From Eledone cirrhosa (taxonomy: Eukaryota), in assembly GCA_964016885.1 (NCBI GenBank), contig OZ024745.1, forward strand, positions 132,122,001 through 132,186,000: 64,000 bases of DNA. Reading direction: 5' to 3'. Below the pieces are notes generated by a model that was given only the letters and a program-made list of their open reading frames with translations, was not told where the DNA came from and ran no database searches. Below, one piece after another: positions 39,208 through 52,955 of this stretch. The position numbers were made by a program, and so were the translations under genes. Position 1 is the first letter of the stretch; every line of letters starts with the position of its first letter.

Positions 39208-39838
39208 CTCAGGGTTACAATAGTAGTTTATATGATTGATATAGAAAGAAAATTAAACAACACAAAAATCTCTGCCACAAAAACATATGTGTAAATATTA
39301 GATGTAGACCCTACATACATGGGCATACATATAGCATACAAGATATCAAATATGTGTGTATTTGTGTGTATGTATGTGTGTATGTGTGTGTGTGTATTTG
39401 GGTGTGTGTATGTGTGTGTGTCTGTGTATATATGTGTGTGTATGTGAATATCTGTATATGTGTGTGTTTTGAAGACAAATTCTGCCATGGTCTATTTAAT
39501 TTGTCTCCCAGTGTTACATCTGTCCCCCTCCACCATCCTCGGTACTCTGCTACAGATATTTCAACCACAAATATAAATACTGACTCTACTGACATCATTC
39601 TTTCTTTTATTTTTATGTATATATATATCAGTATATATATATATCATTGATTGAGTTTATGACTCAATCTATGATATTCTCGGCTCTGTATGTAGAGCTA
39701 ACCTTAGTCTCATAAATCAGGCTGCTATTTTTAGTGGCATGAGTATGAGATGCGCTTGGCGCTGTGACATGGTTTTATATCAGCATATCGTTCAGTTATC
39801 TTAGATCCTTTGAAGTGATAGGTGCGAATTTTCCTGGA

Positions 39839-39913
39839 TACCCACAGACGAGCACAGGAATTCTGGCTTTCACTTAATAATTCTTGCGAAACAGATTTTG
39901 GTCTGTCCGGGTA
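39839..39913 (+). ncRNA. Type I hammerhead ribozyme motif with U4A substitution
   Basis: taccca-CAGACGA-gcacaggaatt...aattcttgc-GAAA-cagat tttg gtctg-TC-cgggta. Confidence 0.65.
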
Positions 39914-40129
39914 AGAAAAGGATGTTGCCCGATATAGGTTTGTTATTTTTATTGATTTATTACTTTAAATAGAGTTAGGCAAACCATATTGTTTTAAATT
40001 AGTATTTTTCAACCTAGCTAACTTGGTCATTTGCAATTGGAACACATGTATAGTTATATCTGTGTTCACCCCTCTTATATATCCAAGTATATACATATAT
40101 ATATAAATATATATGTATACATATGTATG

Positions 40130-40400
40130 TGAAAGAATATGATCGCAAATACAAGCGGCCAAAATGGGGTTCCTCCAAAGGGTCTTTGGAGTAACGATAC
40201 TCGATAGTCTGTATCTTGGAGTCACTCCAGGTAGAGTCATTATTTCTTTGAACTGAGAGATCGCAGCTCTGATAACAAGGGCATGTAGTTAAAATATCTC
40301 AGGAAAGAATCGTTGGAGAGATTTGATGGGCAAAACCATCTGACAGGACACTCATGATTTGACCTAGAGCAAGATGGTTGGATAACATCCATGAACTTGG
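40130..40400 (+). mobile_element. RTE LINE 3' fragment
   Basis: ERI*SQIQAAKMGFLQRVFGVTILD...ERSQL; same family as 20495-20800. Confidence 0.75.
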
Positions 40401-40814
40401 CAGTACTTGAACTAAGAATCTAAATAACAAGGAATTTTATCAGACTACCATTTCTATTGCCTCTAAACTGTGATATAAAACAACTACTTATCATTAACAT
40501 GCAGACATATACAGACACACATATGTAAACACATTCACACAGGCAAGACAACAGTAGAACCCTTGTGGGGTCGATAGCTCAACCAAAAATATCAAGCTAA
40601 CCCCGGTCAAATCAAAAGCTATTGTCTTAAACAAGGAAGGACATACTGGATAATGATAAAAGAAATAAAGGAATGTCTTTGATGATAAGTTGGTTTTAAT
40701 CAAAGTTGATCATGAACTAAACAACAAAAACATGAGTGGAACGTATTAAACCATTTCTATTCATGTCCTATCAACAATTAATCAAGATTAGAAACAATAT
40801 AAATACAAGGCACC

Positions 40815-41370
40815 ACACACACACACATAAATACATGTACACACACATGTACACACACATGAACAAGCACACACAAACACATGTACACACACACAGAGAC
40901 AAACACACATAAACACATGTACACACATACATGAACAAACACACATAAACACATGTACACACACATGAACACATGTACACACACATGAACAAGCACACAT
41001 AAACACATGTACACACACACACACACGGACAAACACACACTCAAACACATGTACAAACACACAAAGACATCCACACACTAGCACATACAAAGACACCCAC
41101 ACAGAAAACACACACATAAACACACAGTCACATACATTGATAGAGAAGAGACACATAAACACACAGACACATAAACACACAGACACATAAACACACAGAC
41201 ATATAAACACACAGTCACATAAACACACAGACACATAAACACACAGACATATAAACACACAGTCACATACATTGATAGAGAGAAGAGACACATAAACACA
41301 CAGAGACACATACATCTATAGAGTAGAGACACATAAACACAGAGACACATACATCTATAGAGATATAGAC
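40815..41370. repeat. Degenerate CA-rich tandem repeats
   Basis: acacatgtacac and acacataaacacacag units. Confidence 0.9.
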
Positions 41371-41849
41371 ATGTCTTTGTGGTAGCTGGACATCTTAAAC
41401 ATTGAGATATGAAACTGTGGAACATCAACAGACATGAAATCTTTTATAGAATCTCTAAATAAAGGATTTTATAAGAATAGACTAAACCAAAAATAAAGAA
41501 TCTTATACCAAAAAATAGATTTCTTAATCAAGTATTTAAAAAAAAATAGCTGTATATATATGTGTAGAATGTATGTATGTATGTATGTATGTATGTGTGT
41601 ATGTATGTAAGTATGTATGTAGGTATGTATGTTTTATAATTTCACAAATTTGTTCCCAATAGAGAGAGAGTCGGTTTCTTACATAGACACAAGACTCTCT
41701 CATTGGAATTTACACAACATCAACTAGGTAGATATGTATGTATGCATGCATGTGTAGATATGGATGTTATTGTATGTGTGGATGTGTATGTTTTGAGTTG
41801 TATGTGTGCATGTGTATATGCTTTGTATCTGTACATGTGTATATGCAGT

Positions 41850-42240
41850 TATTAGATGCAAAATTTTTGGAATGTTTTACATATTTTTACTATTCCATTA
41901 ATGGATTGTACTTGTAATTTCCTAACTAGTGGTGTTCTTTCTGTTCCTGTGAAGCCCAGCTTCTCAAGATTTGTATTGAGGCAGTTACTAACATACCCCA
42001 GTGCCCCAATAATCACAGGCATGAATCTGAAGGTGTAATCAGGGTGGAGTATCTGCAGATTTCTCTCAGTTCTGCATAAATATTCTCCTTTTCGCTAATC
42101 TTTGATATTATATTGGCATCTGCTGGGCAGCTAACTTCCACTACTGTGCATGCTTTGTTTTCCCTGTCCCATAACATAATATCTGGTCTGTTATGCCTGC
42201 ATTTTATTGGGGTTTTTACTGGAACAATCTACCAGTACGT
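41850..42240 (-). mobile_element. R4/Dong-type LINE restriction-like endonuclease C-terminus
   Basis: HNRPDIMLWDRENKACTVVEVSCP...KISEKENIY...FMPVIIGALG (PD-(D/E)xK-type region). Confidence 0.8.
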
Positions 42241-42572
42241 TTTCATATTGCTTATATGTATGTCTTCCACATTGCTGTAGCTTTTAATGTGTTTATTATT
42301 GGGGCTATCTTTTCTACGGATTGCATTGTATGTATGTGTGTATGTATGTATATGTATATGTATGTTTGTATATATGTATATGTGTGTATGTATGTATGTA
42401 TATGTGTATGTATGTATGTGTGTGTATGTTTCTATGTATGTATGTGTGTATGTATATGTGTATATGTCTGTATGTTCATATATATGTATGTGTGTATGTT
42501 TGTATGTACGTTTGTATGTATGTTGTATGTATGTTGTATCATCATCATCCTCTGTATGTATGTGTGAAAGTA

Positions 42573-43225
42573 TATAAGCTCTTGTGCTTCAGCAAACACT
42601 CCGTTTGATTGGTCACCTTGCCAGGATGAAGGATTCTAGAATACCAAAACGACTCTTTTATGGAGAGTTAATTAAAGGAAAATGACCTCCACATAAACCA
42701 AAAAAGAGGTATAAGGATTCGTTGAAAGCCTCTTTGAAAGACGCTAACATATCTACTGATACATGAGAAAATGTAGCTGCTAATCGTAATAAATGGGGAA
42801 AGACTGTATATGAAGGGAAAGTTGCCTTTGAGGCATCTCGAATCGCATACGAGAAAGTAAAGCGGGATGTGAGGAAGGGCATTGCTGTTGCACTTCCAGA
42901 CAGTGAAGGTCCTCCAATGGCGCTGACATGCAGCGCCTGTGCGAGACTCTGCCTCAGCAAAGCTGGACTCGAAAGTCATCTTTGCAGTCATAAAGTGAGA
43001 CCAGCGGTAGACCACCAGGCTACTGTTGGAGATGCTACTCATCATGCTTGCCAAACATGTGGTAGAGAGTGTAAATCAGCAGGAGGGCTAAAACAACATG
43101 CAAAAGTACATAAAGTTCAACCACAGCCGGCTATTCCCAGTGAATGTTTTGGTTGCCGACTCTGTGCAAGACATTTTAGATCATTGGCTGGGCTAAAAAG
43201 CTACATTCGATCGCAGCACCATTAA
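42573..43225 (+). mobile_element. RTE LINE 3' ORF fragment ending in three C2H2 fingers
   Basis: LRLIGHLARMKDSRIPKRLFYGEL..G..PKKRYKDSLK...; CSAC-x12-HLCSH, CQTC-x12-HAKVH, CRLC-x12-YIRSQH; two in-frame stops upstream. Confidence 0.9.
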
Positions 43226-43393
43226 TTGTTATTGTGTGTGTGTGTGTGTGTGTGTATGTGTGTGTGGGGGTTTGTATGTGTGTGCATTTGTATGTATGTA
43301 TGTGTGTATGTGTGTATGTGTGTATGTGTGTATATGTGTGTGTGTGTGCGTGTATATATATATTTATCATTATTATTGTTATTGTTATTATTA

Positions 43394-43575
43394 TTGACAG
43401 TATCAGAAGAGGGTTGGACACCATGCTTTGTAGCATAGAGTTACGCCCCTTTACGGTCTGAATTCCAATCCAGCCGAGGTCAACTTTAACTTTCATCCGT
43501 ACGGGATTGATAAAATAAAGTACCAGTAATGCACTGGGTAATTGCTGGCCTTGTGCCTAAAGTAGAAACAATTAT
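43394..43575 (+). mobile_element. SINE family A
   Basis: Homologous to 46361-46540. Confidence 0.85.
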
Positions 43576-43709
43576 TATTATTATTGTTATCCCTAAAGCT
43601 CATGGAGGGGATGACAAAGGAGCATGATGAATGAAGAGAGGCTGTGTTTAATAAGACCCATCTTTGCATGCAGGGAAAAGCGGACGTAAAATGATGATGA
43701 AAATGATGA

Positions 43710-43775
43710 TCTATATATATGTATGTATATATATATCTATGTATATATATATATCTATGTATAAATATATATATG

Positions 43776-43811
<36 letters not shown>

Positions 43812-44134
43812 AACTCATAGATCCTAAATTGTCTGGCTATAAAGTATTTGAAATATGAAACATTTTTGTTTTATTTAAATACAGTTACAACACATACATT
43901 AATACCATTCCCTCCACTCTATATACATATATACATACATATATACATACATATATATACATACATACATATATATATATATATGCATGCATACATACAT
44001 GCATATATACATTACATATATACATACATATATACATTACATATATACATACATATATATCTATATATATTCACTCAAACATATATAAGTATATATATGT
44101 GTGGGTGTACATATATACATATACAGATATATAT

Positions 44135-44221
<87 letters not shown>

Positions 44222-44290
44222 TATACATATATACATATACATATATACATATACATATATACATATACATATATATATACATATATACAT

Positions 44291-44356
<66 letters not shown>

Positions 44357-44423
44357 ATATTTACATATATACATATATATATATATATTGGATTTTAGTC
44401 TTCAAATTTATTATTATTATTAT

Positions 44424-44498
<75 letters not shown>

Positions 44499-44609
44499 CA
44501 TATATATATATACATATATATATATATATGTATATACATACATATATATATACATACATATATATATATACATATATTTCTATACATATACATATATACA
44601 TATATTTCT

Positions 44610-44685
<76 letters not shown>

Positions 44686-44709
44686 TATATACCTTGTACA
44701 TACTCTATG

Positions 44710-44797
<88 letters not shown>

Positions 44798-44810
44798 CAT
44801 CTATATACCT
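43710..44810. repeat. (TA)n/(TACA)n microsatellite field
   Basis: Directly visible. Confidence 0.97.
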
Positions 44811-45529
44811 TCCACACTCTATGGTTTACATATAGACATATACATTCACGATGAGGATAATTAACTTAGTGCCAATTTAATCAATTTTATAAAAAGATCA
44901 ATCAATTTAATGAGTTTTACAGAAAATAATTAACCAATCTATTGATAGAAGAATAGCTTTTCTAATCTAATTAGTGATGTCATTTATTGCTTTACTAAAA
45001 ACAAAAGAAAACCCAATGAACAACTCAAAAACAAAAGCATTTGAGATTAACTGAAGAGTTTTATGATCAAAATTAAAAAGTGATTACAAAGTAAGTTATG
45101 GATCATAAAATAATGTATTAAAATCTTTCACATTGGCTTAAAAAAAGAATTTTTTTTCATTATTTTAAAAATGATATACCGTGACTGAAACACTTGGTTA
45201 GTGAGAAGTAAGATCAAAGTAAATCATGTTTCTAGTGCCAGGTTTAACTGCATCAAAACTGCTATGAATTTTTATATTGTCAATTTATTTCAGCTTTCTC
45301 TTCTTAACTGTAATGACCAAAGTTGGCAAAACTAATACTATACTTCCACTGATGCTCTGTCATCTTGTGTCTTCTGTCTGGGGCCTGGTTCTATGTTCAC
45401 TCTAGATAGATGGCATCACTCTAGATGGATTTCTCATTATGCATTCTCTTTACTTTTAACACACTCTCTTTATTTGCATCTCTAATAACTCCCCCCAAAA
45501 TAAATATATATATATATACATTAACATAG

Positions 45530-45919
45530 AAGCATAGAAAGAGAGGTAGAGAGCGTAGAAGAACGTAGGAAAAATGTAAAAAAATAATAACACGAGATAG
45601 AGTTACCTTGCAAGTGATTTAATAGTCCCTATATTTCGGATTTTACATCCACCAACTGTGAGTATGCACACGGTAAACAGTGAAGGCCATGTGTTGTCCT
45701 TCTCCGACACAACCCCCCCCCCCCCGGAAAAACCCCAGTTGATAGATATAAAATCTGAAATATAGGGACTGTTAAATCACTTCCAAGGTAACTCTATCTC
45801 GTCTTATTATTTTTTACACTCCCTACATCTCCTTCTACACTTCCTCTTACATCTCTCTCTCACTACCACCTGACTCTGTTACCTGGAGATTTACTTCCAA
45901 ATGTCAAGGCTTCCAAAAC

Positions 45920-45922
<3 letters not shown>
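45530..45922. repeat. Dispersed repeat with inverted partial duplication, flanked by (TA)n
   Basis: About 45570-45660 is the reverse complement of about 45735-45820; 45665-45922 matches 25595-25885 inverted. Confidence 0.85.
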
Positions 45923-45994
<72 letters not shown>

Positions 45995-46360
45995 CAAGTA
46001 TATACAAATGAGAATTTGAATCAATAACAATTCTCTGTTTCTAAATGGTAAAATTAATATTTAAATGCATTGTTTACCAAACTCAGTCACCCCAGCACAT
46101 CAAAACAACATTGACTTTTGTTCAATCTGTAAGAAGTCTACCATTAGAAAGGTTTACAGATAAGATTACAAGCTTTTCATTGTGATCCTAGATGAAGTTT
46201 CTAAATTAATGATCCAATCCATCTGTTCTCTTTTAATCTCAGCAGAAACAAACACTACCAATGCATACTTTATTTACCAAAATGCAGATATCTAAACTGA
46301 CATGGTATTGGATTAGCTGATGAAATATTCAAGTATTTCTATGTACCATTATTACAGCTC

Positions 46361-46540
46361 TTGGCAGTATTGGTAGAGGGTTGGACGCCATGCTTTCCAG
46401 CATAGTTACATCCCTTTACGATCTGAGTTCAAATCCCGCCGAAGTTAACTTTGCCTTTCATCCGTACAGGGTCGATGAAATAAAGTACCAGTAATGCACT
46501 GGGTAATTGCTGGCCTTGTGCCAAAAGCAGAACCCATTAT
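46361..46540 (+). mobile_element. SINE family A
   Basis: tggcagtattggtagaggg...gagttcaaatcccgcc. Confidence 0.88.
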
Positions 46541-47764
46541 TATATACTATACATTTTCTCAAACTAACCCTTACCTGCTCTATTTCTATAGCTGTATCAT
46601 TTATCAGAATATGTACAATGAAATCACTATTTAATTAATAATTACTTCATTAGCCAGAATACAGAATTCAATTTATTCACACATCTTTGCAGAGCATACT
46701 GATCCATCATAGTAATCTGTTGCAATCCCATATTTAGCATTCTTCATATACAAACCACTGAGATTGATCAGTCCAATGTATGTTGAATATCAACAATCCA
46801 CCAATAAAGACATTCTTTTAATGCTGCTATTAATCTAACATTGACCTTTAACCCTAATTTCTTTTAATATCAAATAATCAATCATTTTTTGGTCATTTGA
46901 CCCCTAAATAGTCTTTCATCTACTGGCCATTAACACTAGTTTGTTCTTCATATACTGACCTTTAGCACTGTCCCATCTCCCAGAATGTAACCTTTAACAC
47001 TATTTGGTCTGTTACATATTGACCTTTAAATATAAACTAGTTCACAACACACTGACCTTTAACATATACTTGACCATTTAGAAGTAATTCTTACTGAAAC
47101 TCTTATTCCACTGTCATCTCATAAAGTATTCCTCAGAAGACAGAATTTTACATAAATAAATTCTTTATTTGAAAAGCTAGTTTTATAATCAGTAGTTTTA
47201 GGAAATTTATGTTATTTCAGTGAAGATGTCCAGCATTCATAACAAGAATAATATCATGGCTATGATAATTGATGTTATCAATGCTAGAATTTGTTATTGT
47301 GACATAGTTGTTTTTGCTCTAGACTTGAAGATAACTGCTCATAAGGTATGATGCTTATGAACATTTTCAACAAATATTTTACAAGGCAATCAATTTTCTC
47401 AGCTAGGTGATATTTAGCAGTGAATTTATGAGATCAGCAGAGAAAAACTTTATAAATCTATGATGGATACTTTTAGCATCAGAGTTGAAATCAAGTTTTA
47501 TTTCACTTGTAATCAAAATTTTTATGGTGACTTTTCAATTCATACTGGATATTTTTGTGTTAATTTCATTGAATATGTCTAATGTGCCACTTTCTAGTAT
47601 CATTTTCCATAGAGTTTAAAATTATTAACCAAGTGTATTATGATACAGTCCTGTCTATTCTGGATAAATCAGTCGAAGTGATGTACTGAGTGTCATACAC
47701 AAACACATTCTCAGCTGAAATTTCTTTTCTGGTTGGAGAAAATTGACAAAAATCTATACTTAGC

Positions 47765-47892
47765 AACTGTATATTATAGCTGGTACTGTATATTATTGCT
47801 AGTACTGTATATTATAGCTAGTACTGTATATTATAGCTGGTACTGTATATTATAGCTGGTACTGTATATTATAACTGGTACTGTATATTATA
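47765..47892. repeat. About 20-bp tandem repeat GTACTGTATATTATAGCT(G/A)
   Basis: About 6 units. Confidence 0.9.
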
Positions 47893-48994
47893 CCAGTCCA
47901 AATGTGAATATTGACACAGTGTATGCTGAACCTTGCTATAAGGTTGCAGTTGTTGTTTCTTAGCCCCAGATAAATCTTAATTCAGAAGAATTTCAAACAA
48001 AACCATTCCACTCATGACCATCATGTCTCTTAATTATCTTATGTGTCCTTTTTTTACTTATGTGAGTGGGGTGTGATTTGAGGGGAAGTTGGCTGCTATT
48101 TCTGAGAGGTTGAGCAATAATGTTTCCTGACTATTGAGTTTCTCCTTCAATAGTAAGGTAAAAGATGAGAGGAGTTGACAGAAGTGAGAGAAGATAAGGC
48201 AAATTTTCTTTTAACATTCTAATCAAAGCAAGCTAAAGCTAACCAATACCATCAACATTTAGCCTTGATGGACGAAAATCTGAACAAATCTAATATTTAT
48301 TTTCAGGAATCCAGCATCAAAGCCATTACATTGCAGATGCCATTTTCTTGCAGGGCTACATTTTGTAAATGAAATTCTTGGTAATAATATTTGGTGAATC
48401 AATGTGTGTGTGCCAGTCTTCTAAACAACAGAACTAATCCATTACTTCAAGCAGACAATAAATAGATCAGTTGCAAAAATAATACCAAAATAACACAAAA
48501 AAATACCCTCCAAAAAAACATTCCAGTTTTTGCTTTCTCTTCTTCTCTCTCTTCCTTTGTCTCTTTCCTTTTCACCCATTTTATTTTTTAGTTTTCCTTC
48601 TTCCTACTTTTCCTTCTCTTTTATTTCCTTAGTAGGAATTTCATGAAGTAATTACAGTGCAGTTGTGTGAGGAAATGTTGATTCCTGCATTTTGCTTGCA
48701 ATTCAGATTTTATTTCAAGTTTCTCTTAGCACGTGTTAAATTGGAATTTCAGCAAAACTAAAAGACATAGATACAGAATGGAGATAATAGTTTCCTGTTC
48801 TTGAGGTCAACATTGCTGTAAACCCTTATGTCAATCCTTGTTCAATAGTCAAAACGCTAGGAAGCAGAAAATCAATAGGTTTTTCATGTAAGAATTAGCT
48901 AGAAGTATTTGTATAATGAATTTAACAAGAATAAAGCTGCAACATGAGAATTGAGCAAAGGAATCTGACAAGTCAGAGTTAAAATACTTATTAA

Positions 48995-48996
48995 AT

Positions 48997-49035
<39 letters not shown>

Positions 49036-49563
49036 CATATACATACACACACACACACATACAACACACATCACACACACACATCCATACACAACACACA
49101 TCACACCACACATACACAACACACGGACACATACACACACATATATATACACATATACATACACACACACACATACAACACACATCACACACACACATAT
49201 ATATATATAAATATATACGCATATACACATACACACATATATATATGTATACACATATACATACACACACATATATACACACACTCACACCAACACTGTC
49301 TATATAGTTATCTCATGTATCACACACACGTCAGGAATTTTTGATTTACTTAAGATGTATTATGAATATATTATTTATATATATATATATATCACACACA
49401 ATCACCACCACCAACAACAACAACACTACCACCACCACCACTATCACCACTAACCCCCCACCCCCCACTACCCACCACCATCACCACCTCCATCACCATC
49501 ACCATCACCTCCGCCACCACCACCACCACCACCACCACCACCATCACCACCACCATCACCGCC

Positions 49564-49594
<31 letters not shown>

Positions 49595-49595
49595 T
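48995..49595. repeat. (CA)/(TA)/(CCA) microsatellite cluster
   Basis: Directly visible. Confidence 0.9.
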
Positions 49596-50289
49596 AAGGT
49601 TTATTTGTATACTTTTAACTGACTAAATATAACTGTCGTTCAAGGCCATATTACCTTCAGCATCAGGGTTTAGCCTTGTGAGCCTCATAACAGGCTTTAC
49701 AAACATCAAGGGGCCTCTTTTGAGGTAATGTTTCATGACCAGATACTCTTCCTGGCATCAATATTTTTAGTCATCTTTTACTATATATGTGTCTTTGACT
49801 AGCATAAATAAACGTTAATATGTTCGATATATATTTGTAAGGAAGTGTATAGAATCTGTTATCGACATATGTAGACAACTATATAATTAAATCCCTACTA
49901 TGGCTTCATGTAGGTACCAGAGTAGATGTTTGTGCTCTCCAGTGGATGGGTTAGAAATGGAATTAAAGATATTTGGTAAGTGCTTATTCCTGTGATTTGG
50001 GATATCAAATTAGCTATGGATATCTGCCGGTGATATTATAAGTTCTGCCTACATACACTCCCATACAAACATAGTCATACACAAATATATATGTATGTAT
50101 TGTTTGAAAGAATATTTCTAAATCCATTAATCTATTAACGTTTTCAGACCTTCACAGAATAAAAATGATGGGAGATATATCAGGTCCCTATCTCTTGTAG
50201 TAGCTCTAAGCTAAAATATTTGATGTAAGATTAAAAAACATTATTAAAAATTCCTTAGTAAATATTGTAGAATAACAATTTATGATTAT

Positions 50290-50402
50290 AATAGTTGTTT
50301 CTACTTTTGGCACAAGGCCAGTAATTATCCCAGTGTATTACTGGTACTTAATTTTATAGACCCCGTAAGGACGAAAGGCAAAACTAACCTCGGTGGGATT
50401 TG
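50290..50402 (-). mobile_element. SINE family A, 3' half
   Basis: Matches 18101-18210. Confidence 0.75.
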
Positions 50403-50854
50403 CTATAATAACGCTATCTAATATTCTATCTTATTTTATTGTATACATCATCATCATCATCATCACCATCATCCTCACCATCATCACAACCTTCATCACC
50501 ATCACTACTATCATCTTGACCATCATCCTTACCATCACCACCGCCATCATCATCATCACTTCACCATTATCATTGGAGTTGTCATGTCTTTCGTATAATA
50601 GCTGAAGAGTCTTCACAACCCTTGGCTGGTTTTCAATGGTTGGATGCCCTTTGAATCAACAATCCCTTTACTCTGTTTACTGGACGTATTTCACATGGAG
50701 TTCACCAACATTAGAGAGATTATTGGGCTACTGATACAAATTATGGCTGTGTCTTCCTCCTTCCCCTCCTCCACCCCTCCTAGCCCCCTCCTCCCTCTCC
50801 TAGCCTCCTCCTCCACTCCTCCTAACCTCCTCCTCCACCCCTCCTAGCCTCCTC

Positions 50855-51010
50855 CTTCCTAAGAGGGTCGTGGGGGCAGATTCCCCAAACACACCATCCA
50901 GCTGGTCCTGACAGAAGCCACCATCTCCAAGGGTCCAGCTGGCTCCCCAAGGAAGACCAGCCAAGCCCAAGGATATTATCTAACTATCTTGCTCAAGGTC
51001 TACCCCTGAG
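50855..51010 (-). mobile_element. RTE LINE extreme 3' fragment
   Basis: Matches 13060-13225. Confidence 0.65.
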
Positions 51011-51052
51011 TCTCCTGCTGTCATCACTGATTGTTGTCTGTTGAGAAAGTGT

Positions 51053-51915
51053 TGTTATCTCCCCCTAGTGTGGTTATCACCCACCACTGTTATCTCCCCC
51101 TAGTGTGGTTATCACCCACCACTGTTATCTCCCCCTAGTGTGGTTATCACCCACCACTGTTATCTCCCCCTAGTGTGGTTATCACCCACCACTGTTATCT
51201 CCCTCTAGTGTGGTTATCACGCACCACTGTTATCTCCCCCTAGTGTGGTTATCACGCACCACTGTTATCTCCCCCTAGTGTGGTTATCACCCACCACTGT
51301 TATCTCCCTCTAGTGTGGTTATCACCCACCACTGTTATCTCCCTCTAGTGTGGTTATCACGCACCACTGTTATCTCCCCCTAGTGTGGTTATCACCCACC
51401 ACTGTTATCTCCCCCTAGTGTGGTTATCACCCACCACTGTTATCTCCCTCTAGTGTGGTTATCACCCACCACTGTTATCTCCCCCTAGTGTGGTTATCAC
51501 CCACCACTGTTATCTCCCCCTAGTGTGGTTATCACGCACCACTGTTATCTCCCCCTAGTGTGGTTATCACGCACCACTGTTATCTCCCCCTAGTGTGGTT
51601 ATCACGCACCACTGTTATCTCCCCCTAGTGTGGTTATCAGGCACCACTGTTATCTCGCCCTAGTGTGGTTATCACGCACCAATGTTATCTCGCCCTAGTG
51701 TGGTTATCACGCACCAATGTTGTTATCTCCCACCAATGTTATGTCCTACCTGCCACCACAGTTATCTCCCACCTCCCACCACTGTTATGTCCCACCTCCC
51801 ACCACTGTTATCTCCCACCTCCCACCTCCCACCACTGTTATGTCCCACCTCCCACCACTGTTATCTCCCACCTCCCACCACTGTTATCTCCCACCAATGT
51901 TGTTATCTCCCACCA
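51053..51915. repeat. 35-bp minisatellite, about 18 copies, decaying into shorter subunits
   Basis: Unit TAGTGTGGTTATCAC(C/G)CACCACTGTTATCTCCC(C/T)C; starts at 51066 and 51101. Confidence 0.97.
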
Positions 51916-52361
51916 TGTGTGTATTGCTTAAGGGACGTGTGACACGCACACAAACACATGTGTGTATAGTTATATATACACCCTCACACTATATATACAC
52001 ACTCCCTAAAACCATATTCCAATAATAGAATTTCTTTTATAATAATACTGTTGCCATAGAATTTGCCTCTAGCTTACAATTCCCCATTCCCTTTTCAACT
52101 CTTGTCCAGTCAATTAACACAATTAGATATACACACACATATTTACAGGATGTTTCCTTTGCCCTCCACCCAAAAAGAAATTTGTTCTGTGAAGAAACAC
52201 AGCTGCTGCTATCTTCACTAGCACCTCTAAACGAGAACTCATTCTTTGAGCAAGAAAGATGGGAAAAGAACTTACTCCAACAATTAATTTTAATTTCAAA
52301 TATTTAATTTTTAGTTTTTAACTCCTATTAATCTTTTAAATTTTTAATTTCAATACTCAAC

Positions 52362-52405
52362 ATTTGATAAGATGAATTTTAATAATACATCGAAACAGGT
52401 AATAC
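52362..52405 (+). ncRNA. Hammerhead core variant (U3-A8), helix I eroded
   Basis: at-TTGATAA-gatg...catc-GAAA-cagg-TA-at. Confidence 0.45.
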
Positions 52406-52571
52406 TTTATATACTTTATATACTTTATATACTTTATATATATTATAAAACTTTTTTTAAAAAGAATTGTCCCTCTCATCTTTTCAATAATGTCACTTTG
52501 ACGAATCAAAGTAAGGATAAAAAAAAAGAAATACAGACCCTAAAATATATTTTCCGTGCTATTTCCAACTA

Positions 52572-52693
<122 letters not shown>

Positions 52694-52838
52694 ATATTTC
52701 AATGTGGTCTATCCTTGGTGGTAGGGTCTGTACCGTAGATAAAACTCAAAATAATCTGATAGCCAGTAATCCAGTGAAATCCATAGAAAGGTTCTGTGTT
52801 CCGCTGATTTAATTCCTTAGATACAGAGTCTGATATAC

Positions 52839-52921
52839 GATATTAATTTAACAATGAAAATAATAACAAAGGTAAAACAACTTGACTTTATTGTTATTAT
52901 TTTCATTGTTAAATTAATATC
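52839..52921. repeat. Perfect 31-bp inverted repeat with 21-nt spacer
   Basis: gatattaatttaacaatgaaaataataacaa versus ttgttattattttcattgttaaattaatatc. Confidence 0.97.
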
Positions 52922-52923
52922 TA

Positions 52924-52955
<32 letters not shown>

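Noticed and set aside
42869-43225. Host C2H2 transcription-factor exon
   Set aside because: Continuous with the RTE C-terminus, no TGEKP linkers, upstream in-frame stops.
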